Shown in pieces: positions 38,573 through 48,667 of a DNA stretch of 64,000 bases. How positions within the stretch are numbered: the first letter of the stretch is position 1; each line of letters begins with the position of its first letter. Made by a program: the position numbers and the translations under genes. Source of the stretch: Planctomycetota bacterium (lineage in GTDB: Bacteria > Planctomycetota > UBA8108 > UBA1146); the NCBI GenBank assembly GCA_013911165.1, contig JACETR010000001.1, forward strand, positions 21,124 to 85,123, in the 5' to 3' direction. Below the pieces are notes generated by a model. The model was given only the letters and a program-made list of their open reading frames with translations, was not told the DNA's origin and made no database searches.

Positions 38573-39883
38573 CTACTCTTCGTGATTGCGGGAGGCACCG
38601 AGGAAGGCTCGGGGGTCTGCCGCATCTCTCAAACCATCACCCAAGAAGTTGTAGGCGAGAACGGCAAGGAAGATGAAGAAGCCCGGAATGATCAACCAGG
38701 GGTTGTATTTCATCACTTCCGTAACCTGGCAGTCCTTGAGCAGTAGTCCCCAGGACGAATCCGGCTCTGTGATACCGAAGCCCAGATAGGAAAGGGCGAC
38801 CTCTCCAAGGATGTAGTAAGGCACGTAGAGAGTGGCGGTCACGATAACGATGGAAGCGGTGTTGGGCAGCAGGTGGCGCAGGATCACCCGAAGGGAAGAG
38901 CCTCCCAGTGAGCGCGCAGCGAGGGCGTACTCACTTTCGCGAAGACTCAGGACCATGCCGCGAATCATACGACCGGTACTCGCCCAGCCGACGATGGCGA
39001 GAATGGCGACGATCATGATGTAGGTTTGTCGGGAGCTCAGGTCATTGGGCAGTGCATAACGCAGTGTCAGGATCAGGTAGAGCCCGGGGATCGCCAGCAG
39101 CAGTTCGACCAGTCGCATCAGCAGGAAATCCCAGATTCCCCCGAAGTACCCGGCAAGCCCGCCGATAAAGAGCCCAATGGAAATGCTGATGAAGATACCG
39201 ATGAGCCCGACGGATAGAGAAACCTGACCGCCATAGAGGATGCGTGTCCACAGGTCGCGCCCCAGTACGTCGGTTCCCAGAAGGAACAGGCCGGCGTGGA
39301 GGTTGGTTTCTTGGGGAATGTCCGCCTGCGACAGACCCATCAGGTGAGTGCGCCCGAAGACCCTGAAGAATCCACAAAGGCTGAAGACTTCATGTTCTTC
39401 TTCAGCCTGAACAAAGAAACGCACCGGAATGCTGCGCGTTTGATCCTCGGCAAGCAGGTATTCCATCTCGCCATATTCATCCCAGGATTCGTACTCTCTC
39501 AAAGGGTGGACGTGAGGGCGAAGAGTGAAATTTCCAGCACTGTCATGGAAGTGGAGACCGCCGTCGAACCAGTTCCAGTGCTTCTCATAACTGGGAAGAC
39601 GGATCTCGTTGAAATTTTCATCCTCAGCGAGGATTTCTCCGGTTTTTACAATGGTGTACCCGCCGAAGAGCATTGGTCCGTACTTGACGGTGTACTTGTT
39701 GGTATCGTTCATTCCATAGGGGGCAATAAAACCACCAAAGCTGCACATCAGGTAGAGGACGATGAGCGTCAGTCCTCCGGTCATCGCCAATTTGTTTTTG
39801 CGCAATCGCATCCACAGAATTGCCCAGGGTCCGCGCGGGGGAGGCATTCCGGAGTCGTTGCTTTTGTCTTTGGAAGTGTTCAT
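38573..39883 (-). CDS. peptide ABC importer permease (OppC/DppC type), module A, enlarged first external loop
   Basis: 436 aa. 'LGTDVLGRDLWTRILYGG' and 'EYALAARSLGGSSLRVILRHLLPN'. ATGA overlap with the upstream permease. Confidence 0.88.
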   Translation of the reverse strand: MNTSKDKSNDSGMPPPRGPWAILWMRLRKNKLAMTGGLTLIVLYLMCSFGGFIAPYGMNDTNKYTVKYGPMLFGGYTIVKTGEILAEDENFNEIRLPSYEKHWNWFDGGLHFHDSAGNFTLRPHVHPLREYESWDEYGEMEYLLAEDQTRSIPVRFFVQAEEEHEVFSLCGFFRVFGRTHLMGLSQADIPQETNLHAGLFLLGTDVLGRDLWTRILYGGQVSLSVGLIGIFISISIGLFIGGLAGYFGGIWDFLLMRLVELLLAIPGLYLILTLRYALPNDLSSRQTYIMIVAILAIVGWASTGRMIRGMVLSLRESEYALAARSLGGSSLRVILRHLLPNTASIVIVTATLYVPYYILGEVALSYLGFGITEPDSSWGLLLKDCQVTEVMKYNPWLIIPGFFIFLAVLAYNFLGDGLRDAADPRAFLGASRNHEE

Positions 39884-41058
39884 CAGGACAACCTCACCCT
39901 CGGGTCCACCACGGCAAGGAGTATGTCCGCGGCAAGATTGCCAAAGACCAGCAGCAGAGTGGAGATCAATACACTGGCAAGCACCAAGGGCTCGTCCTTT
40001 GCACTGATCGCTTCAAAGATCAGACGACCCAGTCCAGGCCAGTTCATGACGATTTCGACCAACAGCGATCCACTGAGAAGACTGGCGAGTGAGTAGCCGA
40101 ACAGAGTCACCAGCGGATTAACCGCGTTGCGGAAGGCGTGCTTGAACAGGACACCCTGTTCTGAAACTCCTTTGGCACGTGCCGTGCGCACGTAATCCTG
40201 ACCCAGGGCCTCAATCATGTTCCCTCGAGCCTGACGCATGTATCCCGCCATGGCAGAAGTACCCAACACGAGTGCGGGCAGGAACAGGTGATGGATCCGA
40301 TTGGCAATTTTGCCGAAAAATCCGTACTGGTCGTAATCCAGAGAGCGCATGTCACCGATGGGGAACCAACCGGTATAGGAGGCAAACAGCATTGCCAATA
40401 GCGCAAAGAATACAGTCGGTATCGAGAGCCCGAGAAAGGCGATGATTCCGGCGCTGTGGTCCAGTCGGGAATTCGGTTTCACAGCGGCGAAGATCCCGAG
40501 CGGAACACCCAGTCCATAGGCGATGACCAGTGCGGCCAGCGAAAGGGTCAGGGTATTCAGCAGTCGCTCGGCGATGATGCCGAAAACGGGGCGATTGAAT
40601 TTGTAAGAGGTTCCAAAGTCCAGGGTCATGGCATTGAAAAGCCAGGAGAAGAAGCCTTCGATGGCTCCGACCTTGCGATAGACCACAGCCTCATCGTCGC
40701 ACTGATACTTGATTCCGTCGATCTGGAATTTGAGCAGGCTGCGGCTGGCTTCTTTGGCGCGGACCTGAGTGCTGTCCTTGCGGATCACCGGTCGCTCTCC
40801 GCCTTCATCCGCAAAGGACCAGCGGTGGCCGTCATCCGTAAACTCTCCGAGGGCGACCAGCTGGTTTCGATCCAGCCTGACCAACAGCCCCGCATTTTCT
40901 TTTTGACGCAACACTTCCGTGGTGGAGCTGGTGGGGTCCGCTTCCATTTGACTGTAGAAATCCCCCGGTGCCTGCTTGAGAAGCAGGAAGGTCAGAAATG
41001 AAACCACCAAAACCAGAGGTGGAATCGACAGCAGTCGGCGCAGGCTGAAAGTCAGCAA
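39883..41058 (-). CDS. peptide ABC importer permease (OppB/DppB type), module A, with loop insertion
   Basis: 391 aa. 'LKQAPGDFY' and 'YVRTARAKGVSEQGVLFKHAFRNAVNP'. Confidence 0.88.
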   Translation of the reverse strand: MLTFSLRRLLSIPPLVLVVSFLTFLLLKQAPGDFYSQMEADPTSSTTEVLRQKENAGLLVRLDRNQLVALGEFTDDGHRWSFADEGGERPVIRKDSTQVRAKEASRSLLKFQIDGIKYQCDDEAVVYRKVGAIEGFFSWLFNAMTLDFGTSYKFNRPVFGIIAERLLNTLTLSLAALVIAYGLGVPLGIFAAVKPNSRLDHSAGIIAFLGLSIPTVFFALLAMLFASYTGWFPIGDMRSLDYDQYGFFGKIANRIHHLFLPALVLGTSAMAGYMRQARGNMIEALGQDYVRTARAKGVSEQGVLFKHAFRNAVNPLVTLFGYSLASLLSGSLLVEIVMNWPGLGRLIFEAISAKDEPLVLASVLISTLLLVFGNLAADILLAVVDPRVRLS

Positions 41059-41073
41059 GTCTTTTTCCTCACC

Positions 41074-43032
41074 CTAGGGTTGAGCTTTCCACAGGGATTC
41101 AAGATTCCATGTCATCTGCGGTCGTAGCAGACTGGGCCACAGATTGCCGATGCGTCCCTCCTGGGAAGCAGCATAGGAGTTGGCGGCGATCAGGTAGAGG
41201 ATCGGAATGTTCTGTCCGATCAGTTCCTGAACCTCGTCGTAGTACTTTTTGCGAACCTTGTCATCGAGTTCCTCGTCCATCATGGCCATGAGGTTGTCGA
41301 TGCGTGCTTCCCATTCCGTCGCCGGTTCCGGTTGCTGCGGGTACCAGGCGTGGAGTCGGCCACTGGAAAGGGTGATGTTTTTGCCATTGGCCGGATCAGG
41401 CGGAACACCGGATCCCCAGCCGAGCAGAATCATGTCCCATTTGTGGCTGTCGCGGAGACTGGTCACCAGGTCATTGAAGACGATGGGTTTGAAGTTGATC
41501 TCCAGGCCGAGGTTGACCAGATCCTTGCTGATCAGGTTGCCCACTTGCTGACGCAGGTTGTTCTCCACATTGGTGTTCAGGGAGAAACTGATCTTGCGTC
41601 CCTTGTCATCCTCGCGCACACCATCGCCGTCCCGGTCAGTCCAGCCCATGCCATCGAGGATCATTTTGGCTTTGGCGAGGTCGAAGGGGTACTTCGGCAC
41701 TCCGGCGTGGTACCAGGATTTGTTGCCCGGGGTAATGCTGGACCAGATCGCCGTGGCTCTGCCCTGGAAAGCGGTGCGCTTGATCCCGTCCCGGTCGATG
41801 GCGTGATTGACCGCCTTGCGGAACTCCAGATTGTTGAACCAGTAGGCTTTGGCTTCATCGACAAAGGGCTCACCGGTATCAGGGTTTTTCCCTGGGTGAA
41901 GATTGAAACAGACCCAGTTGCTGTTGAGGCTGACACCGAGGCGGATCAGGCTCGCCTTCGCTCCCTTTTCCATCGCCACCGCTTCGCGGAAATGGTCGGC
42001 GGGAACGTCTTCAAAGACGTCCAACTCTCCAGCTTCAAACTTTTGCCACATCAAATTCGAATCTTTGACGAGAACGATGACGACCTCGTCCAGATAGGGA
42101 AGACGCTGCTGGCGAGAATCCACTTTCCAATAGTGGGGATTTCGCTGGTAGACGATCTTTTCAGCGGGGACGTATTGTTTGAGGACAAAGGGGCCGCAAC
42201 CGACAAGATCTGCCGGGTTGGCGTTGGAAGTCATCTGTTGAAGAAGGGTGGGATCCTTTTCCTGAAGGTGGTCGCGCCACTTGTGCTCCGGGATGATGCT
42301 GACATTGCCGACATGGGTCAGGAATTGGGAATCGATCCGTTTCAGTTTGAAGACGAGAGCATTCCGTTCCTTGTCCGCCATCACCTCCGGAAGCTCACCT
42401 GTTTCAGGGTGCTTGAATCCGTCTTTGATGCTGGTGGCGATCTGCGGATGGAATACCGCCTGGAATGAGAAGAGGGCATCTTCCACGTTCATTTCTTCCC
42501 CATCGGACCAGCGAATGCCATCGCGGATGAAGAAGGTCCAGGTCAACTGGTCATCGGAGACTTCCCAGTTCTTGGCAAGTGCAGGTTCCGTTTGCCATTT
42601 GCCGTTGTTGTAGGTCACCAGCGGTGAGAAGACGAGGGCACGGATCTCCTGATCGGTTGCCCCTTTCGGTTCCACCGGATTAAAGGTCTCCACCTCTCCC
42701 AAAATGGCATAAACAAATCGGCCACCGTAGGTTCCGGTGCGGTCGACGACGACGGCATCGGGGCTGACTTCTCCACTGAATGCGGGAGAGGGAACGCCAA
42801 CGGGCTGGGAGGGATCCGGCTTCGGTTCCTCAGGGCGATCCATTTTACTGATGCGGACCACCCGGGGTTTTGCGGGGGCATCTTGCGTTGCAGGCTGTTG
42901 ATAGGAGGCATCTCCGCCGGGAGACGTCACAGGAGCTTCCGGTCTTTCGGCTGTGCAGCCGGCGATCAACAGGGTGATCGCCAGGAAGGACAGAGCGCTC
43001 CAGCGAAGAGGGTTTCTTGAAATCGAAATCAT
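41074..43032 (-). CDS. family-5 (Opp/Dpp-type) solute-binding lipoprotein, module A
   Basis: Start set to ATG 43032 ('MISISRNPL..'); lipobox 'LIAGC'. 'VYQRNPHYWKVD' hinge motif; length is typical of SBP_bac_5. Confidence 0.85.
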   Translation of the reverse strand: MISISRNPLRWSALSFLAITLLIAGCTAERPEAPVTSPGGDASYQQPATQDAPAKPRVVRISKMDRPEEPKPDPSQPVGVPSPAFSGEVSPDAVVVDRTGTYGGRFVYAILGEVETFNPVEPKGATDQEIRALVFSPLVTYNNGKWQTEPALAKNWEVSDDQLTWTFFIRDGIRWSDGEEMNVEDALFSFQAVFHPQIATSIKDGFKHPETGELPEVMADKERNALVFKLKRIDSQFLTHVGNVSIIPEHKWRDHLQEKDPTLLQQMTSNANPADLVGCGPFVLKQYVPAEKIVYQRNPHYWKVDSRQQRLPYLDEVVIVLVKDSNLMWQKFEAGELDVFEDVPADHFREAVAMEKGAKASLIRLGVSLNSNWVCFNLHPGKNPDTGEPFVDEAKAYWFNNLEFRKAVNHAIDRDGIKRTAFQGRATAIWSSITPGNKSWYHAGVPKYPFDLAKAKMILDGMGWTDRDGDGVREDDKGRKISFSLNTNVENNLRQQVGNLISKDLVNLGLEINFKPIVFNDLVTSLRDSHKWDMILLGWGSGVPPDPANGKNITLSSGRLHAWYPQQPEPATEWEARIDNLMAMMDEELDDKVRKKYYDEVQELIGQNIPILYLIAANSYAASQEGRIGNLWPSLLRPQMTWNLESLWKAQP

Positions 43033-43319
43033 GTGGGGTACCTGTTTTTTTCGTTCTGTTGACCCTGCAGACCGGGATTCCAATGGGCAGGGCGACGAAA
43101 GGGTCTGCTCTGCGGAAAACAGGTCTCAAGCGGGGAGGATAACCCATCCACTCCGGAAGGCCATGGGATTCGGGAGGGTGCTGAAAGGCCCAAAAGGTCC
43201 AATATTCGCGGGTAGGTCGCAGTTTTCCCGGTTTTCGTATACCTTGCTTCCGGACGCACCCGTGCTTGTCAGATCAAGATTGACCGGGAGTTCCGTTTCT
43301 CGTCGATAATGAGGTTGTC

Positions 43320-45029
43320 ATGTTTTCCGAGACTCTGCGCATTCAGAGATTGTTTCAATTCACTGCTCTGCTTTTGTTCCCGCTTCTGGCAGGGGGAATG
43401 AGTGGTTGCACCAGCCAACCACCCAGTTCAGGGCCCAAGGAAATCCTGAGTGTGGCAGCGCCTTCTCCTGAAAACATTTTCCGCATCCCGTTGATGACCA
43501 ATCCCCCTGATCTGGATCCGATTCTGGTGTCCGATACCACTTCCTCAGGGGTGGCGACGAAACTCTTTACCAGCCTCTTCGATTACACACCTGATCTGGA
43601 GTTGGAGCCTTGTCTCGCCAAAGAGATGCCGACGATTTCCGAGGACGGTCGAGTCTACGATATTCAATTGCGGGATGATGTGCGTTTCACCAATGGGCGA
43701 ACGGTGACCGCTGCAGATATGAAGTACAGCATCCAGCGACTGGCTTCGATCCGGTCAAAGCGGACCAATCTGGTAGAGAAGATCGTTGGAGCCAAGGAAG
43801 CGATTGCAGGTGCCAGTAAATCGCAGGAGGTCTCTCCGGAAATACCCGGGATCGAGGTTTTGGGAGACCATTCCTTGAGAATTACCCTGATTGAATCGTC
43901 CCCGCCCTTTATCAACAAGCTGGCGATGGTCAATACTGCGGCGGTTCCACGAGAGGTGATCGAAGAGATCGGCGACAAGTTCTCACGTAATCCCGTTGGA
44001 TCAGGACCCTTTACACTCACCGAGTGGAAAGAGGGGATATCTCTCAAGTTGACCGCCAATCAGGACTACTTTGAGGGTGCTCCCAAACTGGCTGGAATCC
44101 ACTACCGGGTGATCCCTGAGCCTTTGGCTCAACTGGAGGAGTACAAAGCCGGAAACTTCGATATTCTCGCTGCGACCCAGGGGGTCTATCCCAAATGGAA
44201 GAACTCCAACCGTGCCAATGAAGTCCGCTTCTGGCCATCTCTGGCGGTCCAGTACTACGGGTTCAACCTGAAAAAAGAGGGATCTCCCTACGCTGGATAT
44301 TCGGACAGTGCCCGCAAGTTACGCGAAGCCATCAATCTGGCGGTCGACCGCAAGTTTTTGGGTGAAGTCCTTTTGGAAGGGCGTTCCTATCCCGCCAATG
44401 GAATTCTTCCTCCTGGAATCTTTGGGCACAACAGTGAGCGCCCGGCATTCACTCAGGATGTAGAGAAAGCGAAGGCGCTTCTCGCAGAAGCGGGGTACCC
44501 CAATGGTGAAGGCCTTCCTCCGGTTGACCTGTGGTTCAACACCCAGGGGGATAATTCAAAAATCGCCCAGGCGGTTCAGGCGGATCTGAAAAAGGTCGGC
44601 ATCGAGATCGGATTGAAGATGCTCGACTGGGCAGCCTTCATCGAAGCGACCGATGCGGGGGAGCCTCCTTTCTTCCGTTTGGGGTGGGTGGCTTCCTATC
44701 CCGATGCGGAATACTTCCTGGCATCACTTTTCCATACCAAGAATCAGGGCTCTCAGGGCAATGTGTCCTTCTACAGCAATCCTGAAGTGGACAAGTTGAT
44801 CGATGATTCCTACGCAGAAACCGATCCCGCCAAGCGCGTGGAGCTGCTCAAGCAGGCGGAATCGCGAATCATCGCAGACAGTCCCTGGCTCTTCCTGCTC
44901 TTCGGGCAGGAGACCGTTCTCCTCAAGCCCTATGTGCGGAACTACAACCCGACAGGAATGTGCGACGATGTTCAGGGGAATTACATCCGCTGGCATCTGG
45001 TTGAGATCGACGCCGGGAATCAGGGATAG
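43320..45029 (+). CDS. family-5 solute-binding lipoprotein, module B
   Basis: 569 aa; lipobox 'GMSGC'. 'LTANQDYFEGAPK' and 'GWVASYPDAEYFL'. Confidence 0.87.
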   Translation: MFSETLRIQRLFQFTALLLFPLLAGGMSGCTSQPPSSGPKEILSVAAPSPENIFRIPLMTNPPDLDPILVSDTTSSGVATKLFTSLFDYTPDLELEPCLAKEMPTISEDGRVYDIQLRDDVRFTNGRTVTAADMKYSIQRLASIRSKRTNLVEKIVGAKEAIAGASKSQEVSPEIPGIEVLGDHSLRITLIESSPPFINKLAMVNTAAVPREVIEEIGDKFSRNPVGSGPFTLTEWKEGISLKLTANQDYFEGAPKLAGIHYRVIPEPLAQLEEYKAGNFDILAATQGVYPKWKNSNRANEVRFWPSLAVQYYGFNLKKEGSPYAGYSDSARKLREAINLAVDRKFLGEVLLEGRSYPANGILPPGIFGHNSERPAFTQDVEKAKALLAEAGYPNGEGLPPVDLWFNTQGDNSKIAQAVQADLKKVGIEIGLKMLDWAAFIEATDAGEPPFFRLGWVASYPDAEYFLASLFHTKNQGSQGNVSFYSNPEVDKLIDDSYAETDPAKRVELLKQAESRIIADSPWLFLLFGQETVLLKPYVRNYNPTGMCDDVQGNYIRWHLVEIDAGNQG

Positions 45030-45043
45030 GTACGGGAGTTCTC

Positions 45044-45991
45044 TTGCTTGCCTATACTCTGAGAAGACTGTTTCAGGCGATTCCGGTGATCCTGCTGGTC
45101 ACCCTGATCGTGTTTTTGCTGAATGCCTCGATTCCCGGTGACCCGGGACGCATTCGTCTTGGGCAAAGAGCGGATCCCGCAGCGGTCGACGCCTACAATG
45201 AACAGCGGGGATACAACGATCCGTTGATCATCCAGTACGGGAAATACCTGTGGCGCCTTTTCATTCACTTTGATCTTGGTGAATCGGACGTCAAAGCGGG
45301 CAAAAGCGTCAATGAGATTCTCGAGGACGCCTTTCTCGTAACGCTGCGATTGGCGCTGCTTTCCATCGTGGTGGCCCTCTTCATCGGCATTAGTGCGGGA
45401 GTTCTCTCGGCGGTCAAAAGTCGCAGCATCATCGATTACGTTTCGATGCTGGTCGCCATTCTGGGCGTCTCCATGCCCGTGTTCTGGCTGGGAATCCTGA
45501 TGATTATTTACGTGGCACCTGCGCTGGGTTTGCCGCGAACCGGTTTTGATGATTCAAGCGCCTGGACTGCCCTGAGATCGCTGGCGATGCCTGCATTTGC
45601 ATTGGGGCTGCTGTCGTCTGCCACCATCGCTCGCCTGAGCCGTTCAGCGATGCTGGATGTCATGACCCAGGATTACATTCGCACGGCACGCTCCAAGGGT
45701 GTCGGTGAAGCGAGCGTGGTCCTCAAGCATGGCATGCGAAATGCTGCCATCCCGATTGTCACTGTCGTCGGTAATTCCTTTGGATACCTGTTGGTGGGAG
45801 CGGTTTTGACTGAAACAGTCTTCGCTCTCCCGGGATTGGGCCGCGAGGTGGTGGAAGCGATCAAGATGCGCGATCGGGAGTTGATCACCGGCGGCATCCT
45901 GTTGATGTCTTTCGTTTTCATCGGCGTCAATCTGCTGGTGGACCTTTCTTACGCCTGGTTCGACCCGAGGATTCGTGATGACCGCAGCTAG
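45044..45991 (+). CDS. peptide ABC importer permease (DppB type), module B
   Basis: 315 aa, TTG start. 'IPGDPGR' and 'YIRTARSKGVGEASVVLKHGMRNAAIP'. Confidence 0.9.
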   Translation: MLAYTLRRLFQAIPVILLVTLIVFLLNASIPGDPGRIRLGQRADPAAVDAYNEQRGYNDPLIIQYGKYLWRLFIHFDLGESDVKAGKSVNEILEDAFLVTLRLALLSIVVALFIGISAGVLSAVKSRSIIDYVSMLVAILGVSMPVFWLGILMIIYVAPALGLPRTGFDDSSAWTALRSLAMPAFALGLLSSATIARLSRSAMLDVMTQDYIRTARSKGVGEASVVLKHGMRNAAIPIVTVVGNSFGYLLVGAVLTETVFALPGLGREVVEAIKMRDRELITGGILLMSFVFIGVNLLVDLSYAWFDPRIRDDRS

Positions 45992-46877
45992 CACCATCGG
46001 CAAATCTCCGACTCAGATGGCCTTCAAGAGGCTGCGCAAGAATCTGCTCGCCATGCTGGGAGCAGCAGTGGTTCTGATCGTTGTCGTGCTGGCCTTCTTT
46101 CCGTCGTGGGTGGTTCCACACCATGCGGACGGATCGGGTCCTTATACCGCCGCGGAACAGTTCCGCAGTGCGGAAACATGGCAAAAGCCACCGGGAATCC
46201 CCGGGCATCCTTTAGGAACCGATGAGTTGGGGCGCGACGTCTGGACACGCATCGTTTACGGAGCGGGCATCTCACTCCGGGTGGGTCTGGTCGGTACTGC
46301 GGTGGCAGTTCTGATCGGTCTGATTCTGGGCAGCCTCGCCGGGTTCCGTGGGGGACGTGTCGACATGTTGATCAGTCGCCTGACTGACACTTTCTTCGCC
46401 TTCCCCAGTCTGTTGCTCATGATTGGAATCCTTGCGGTTTTTGAAAAACCCAATGAGATGGTGATCTTCGCCGCATTGGGACTGGTCGGTTGGCCGGGAG
46501 TCGCAAGGATTGTCCGGGGTCAGGTGATTTCCCTGCGAGGCAGTGAGTTTGTTCTCGGAGCTCGTGCTTTGGGCCAAACGGACACCAAAATTCTTCTCGG
46601 ACATCTGTTGCCGAATTGCATGGGGCCAGTCGTCGTAGTTTCAACCCTGATGATCGCCGGAAACATCTTGGCAGAGGCGGGGCTCTCCTTCCTCGGTATC
46701 GGCTTGCCCCCTCCGAATCCTTCCTGGGGACGGATGCTGGTCGACTCCAAAGAGTACTGGGTGGACATGCCGTGGATGGGCATCTTCCCCGGAGTGGCCA
46801 TCATGTTCACCGTTCTCGGTTTCAATCTTTTGGGTGACGGTCTGCGGGATGCCTTCGATCCCAAGATGAAGGACTGA
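45975..46877 (+). CDS. peptide ABC importer permease (DppC type), module B
   Basis: 300 aa. 'LGTDELGRDVWTRIVYG' and 'EFVLGARALGQTDTKILLGHLLPN'. Confidence 0.9.
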   Translation: MMTAASTIGKSPTQMAFKRLRKNLLAMLGAAVVLIVVVLAFFPSWVVPHHADGSGPYTAAEQFRSAETWQKPPGIPGHPLGTDELGRDVWTRIVYGAGISLRVGLVGTAVAVLIGLILGSLAGFRGGRVDMLISRLTDTFFAFPSLLLMIGILAVFEKPNEMVIFAALGLVGWPGVARIVRGQVISLRGSEFVLGARALGQTDTKILLGHLLPNCMGPVVVVSTLMIAGNILAEAGLSFLGIGLPPPNPSWGRMLVDSKEYWVDMPWMGIFPGVAIMFTVLGFNLLGDGLRDAFDPKMKD

Positions 46878-46880
46878 CCC

Positions 46881-47750
46881 TCAGCGTTGCTTCGGGTCGA
46901 GTATCTTGCGCAACTGGTCTCCCAGGAGATTCAGTGACAGCAAGGTCAAAGCCAGAGTGACCGACGGATAGAGGATCAGCCACCACGCGGTTTGCACCGG
47001 ATTCAGGACCTCAAAGGCATCCCGGGCGAGGGTTCCCCAGGAAACTGCGGGTGACTGGACGCCCAATCCCAGGAAAGACAAAAACGCTTCAAAGAGAAGG
47101 ACTCTGGGAACGATCAGGGTGACGGTCACGATGATGGTCGGCATCAGGTTGGGAAGAACCTCCCGCCAAAGGATCCGCTTTTGCGGGACTCCGAGAGCGG
47201 TCGCGGCCAAAGCCCACTCCCGGTGTCGAAGGACGCGGGTTTCTCCGCGGACAATCCTCGCCATGGGAGTCCAGTAGACGGCTCCGAGGATCACAAAGAA
47301 AACTCCCAAGCCTCCTCCGGATGCTTCCAGAGCGGAACCTCGCAAAACACTGGCGACCAGAATCACCAGGAAAACGAGTGGGATCGAATCGACGAGATCC
47401 ACAAAACGCATCAGCCAATGATCTCTGCGATCACTGCCTCCGCCGGAGATCAATCCATAACCGACACCCAGAATCAGTGCTGTGAGTGCACCCGCAATTC
47501 CGCAGGCGATGGAGATGCGTGTTCCCCTGAGGATTCTGCTGAAGAGGTCCCGTCCCAATGCGTCGGTTCCAAACCAGTGTTCCTGCGAAGGGGCATTCAG
47601 GGCGACGGTGGAATCGGTTTCATGGGAAAGTTCCAGAGGCAATAGCGGCAGAAAGAGAGCAGTCAAGGCGACGATCACCAGCCACAGAATGGCGACGAAA
47701 GTAAACGGATCCTTGATCAAGGACGAGAGTCTGGTGTTGAGAGGTTTCAT
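46881..47750 (-). CDS. peptide ABC importer permease (DppC type), module C
   Basis: 'FGTDALGRDLFSRILRG' and 'EWALAATALGVPQKRILWREVLPN'. ATG 47750 forms an ATGA overlap with the upstream permease stop. Confidence 0.9.
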   Translation of the reverse strand: MKPLNTRLSSLIKDPFTFVAILWLVIVALTALFLPLLPLELSHETDSTVALNAPSQEHWFGTDALGRDLFSRILRGTRISIACGIAGALTALILGVGYGLISGGGSDRRDHWLMRFVDLVDSIPLVFLVILVASVLRGSALEASGGGLGVFFVILGAVYWTPMARIVRGETRVLRHREWALAATALGVPQKRILWREVLPNLMPTIIVTVTLIVPRVLLFEAFLSFLGLGVQSPAVSWGTLARDAFEVLNPVQTAWWLILYPSVTLALTLLSLNLLGDQLRKILDPKQR

Positions 47751-48667
47751 TCCTCGACCCTCGCTCTCGGATCGAGCCAACCCATCAACAGGTCACCGAG
47801 CAAGGTCAGGATCTGCAAGAGGATGGTGTAGAGGAGCACTGCACCGAGGACGAGTGGATAATCCCTGTTCATCGCCCCCTGAATGAAGTGCATGCCCACC
47901 CCGGGGATCGCGAAGATCTGTTCGATGACCAGAGAACCGGTCAGCATCGCTGCGGCGGTGGGACCCAGGGTCGAAGTGACCGGTATGGAAGCGGGTCGCA
48001 GGCAGTGAAAGAGGAGAGTCCCCACCACACCTCGTCCCTTGGATCGAGCGGTTCTGGCGTAGTCTTCCTGAGAGGCCTCAATCAAACCACTCCGCAAGAG
48101 TCGTGCGACTTGAGCCGCAGGTGCAAGAGCGAGGCAGAAGATGGGCAAAACAGCGGATGAGGCGGTCGTCCAGCCGGCAGGGGGGAGCCATGGCAGCTGG
48201 AAAGCGAAGAGCAGGATCAGCAATCCTGCGATCACGTAGAGCGGCAGGGATATCCCCATGGAAGCGAAGAGGGTGATCACCCTGTCGGGCCAGCGATCCT
48301 GTTGCCATGCTGCGATGACGCCAAGAATTGTTCCCAGTATGATTCCCATAAGTAGCGCGAGCGTTCCCAGCAAAAACGAAGCAGGGATTCCCGCTGCAAG
48401 GATGGTGGCGACGTCGTGATCCGGCTGCCGAAGGGAAGGGCCCGGATTCAGGGTCAGCCATGACCAACCCTGATTGAGATATTGTTTCCACAGTGGAGCA
48501 TCCAGTTGGTACCGGGCTTCGATCGCTGCCTTGACCGCTTCAGGGGGATCTCTTTCTGCATCAAAAGGGCCGCCGGGAGCTGATCGGATCACGAGAAAAC
48601 TGATAGTGAAGACGGCCCAAATGGTGATCAGAGAAGCGACACTGCGGCGCACGATCAACTGAATCAT
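47747..48667 (-). CDS. peptide ABC importer permease (DppB type), module C
   Basis: 306 aa. 'SAPGGPFD' and 'YARTARSKGRGVVGTLLFHCLRPASIP'. ATGA overlap with the SBP gene. Confidence 0.9.
   Translation of the reverse strand: MIQLIVRRSVASLITIWAVFTISFLVIRSAPGGPFDAERDPPEAVKAAIEARYQLDAPLWKQYLNQGWSWLTLNPGPSLRQPDHDVATILAAGIPASFLLGTLALLMGIILGTILGVIAAWQQDRWPDRVITLFASMGISLPLYVIAGLLILLFAFQLPWLPPAGWTTASSAVLPIFCLALAPAAQVARLLRSGLIEASQEDYARTARSKGRGVVGTLLFHCLRPASIPVTSTLGPTAAAMLTGSLVIEQIFAIPGVGMHFIQGAMNRDYPLVLGAVLLYTILLQILTLLGDLLMGWLDPRARVEE

Noticed and set aside
43033-43319. Imperfect inverted repeat GTCAGATC..GATTGAC in the module A/B divergent region, considered as a possible operator.
   Set aside because: The arms differ in length and have mismatches, and there is no second copy in the C/D divergent region.
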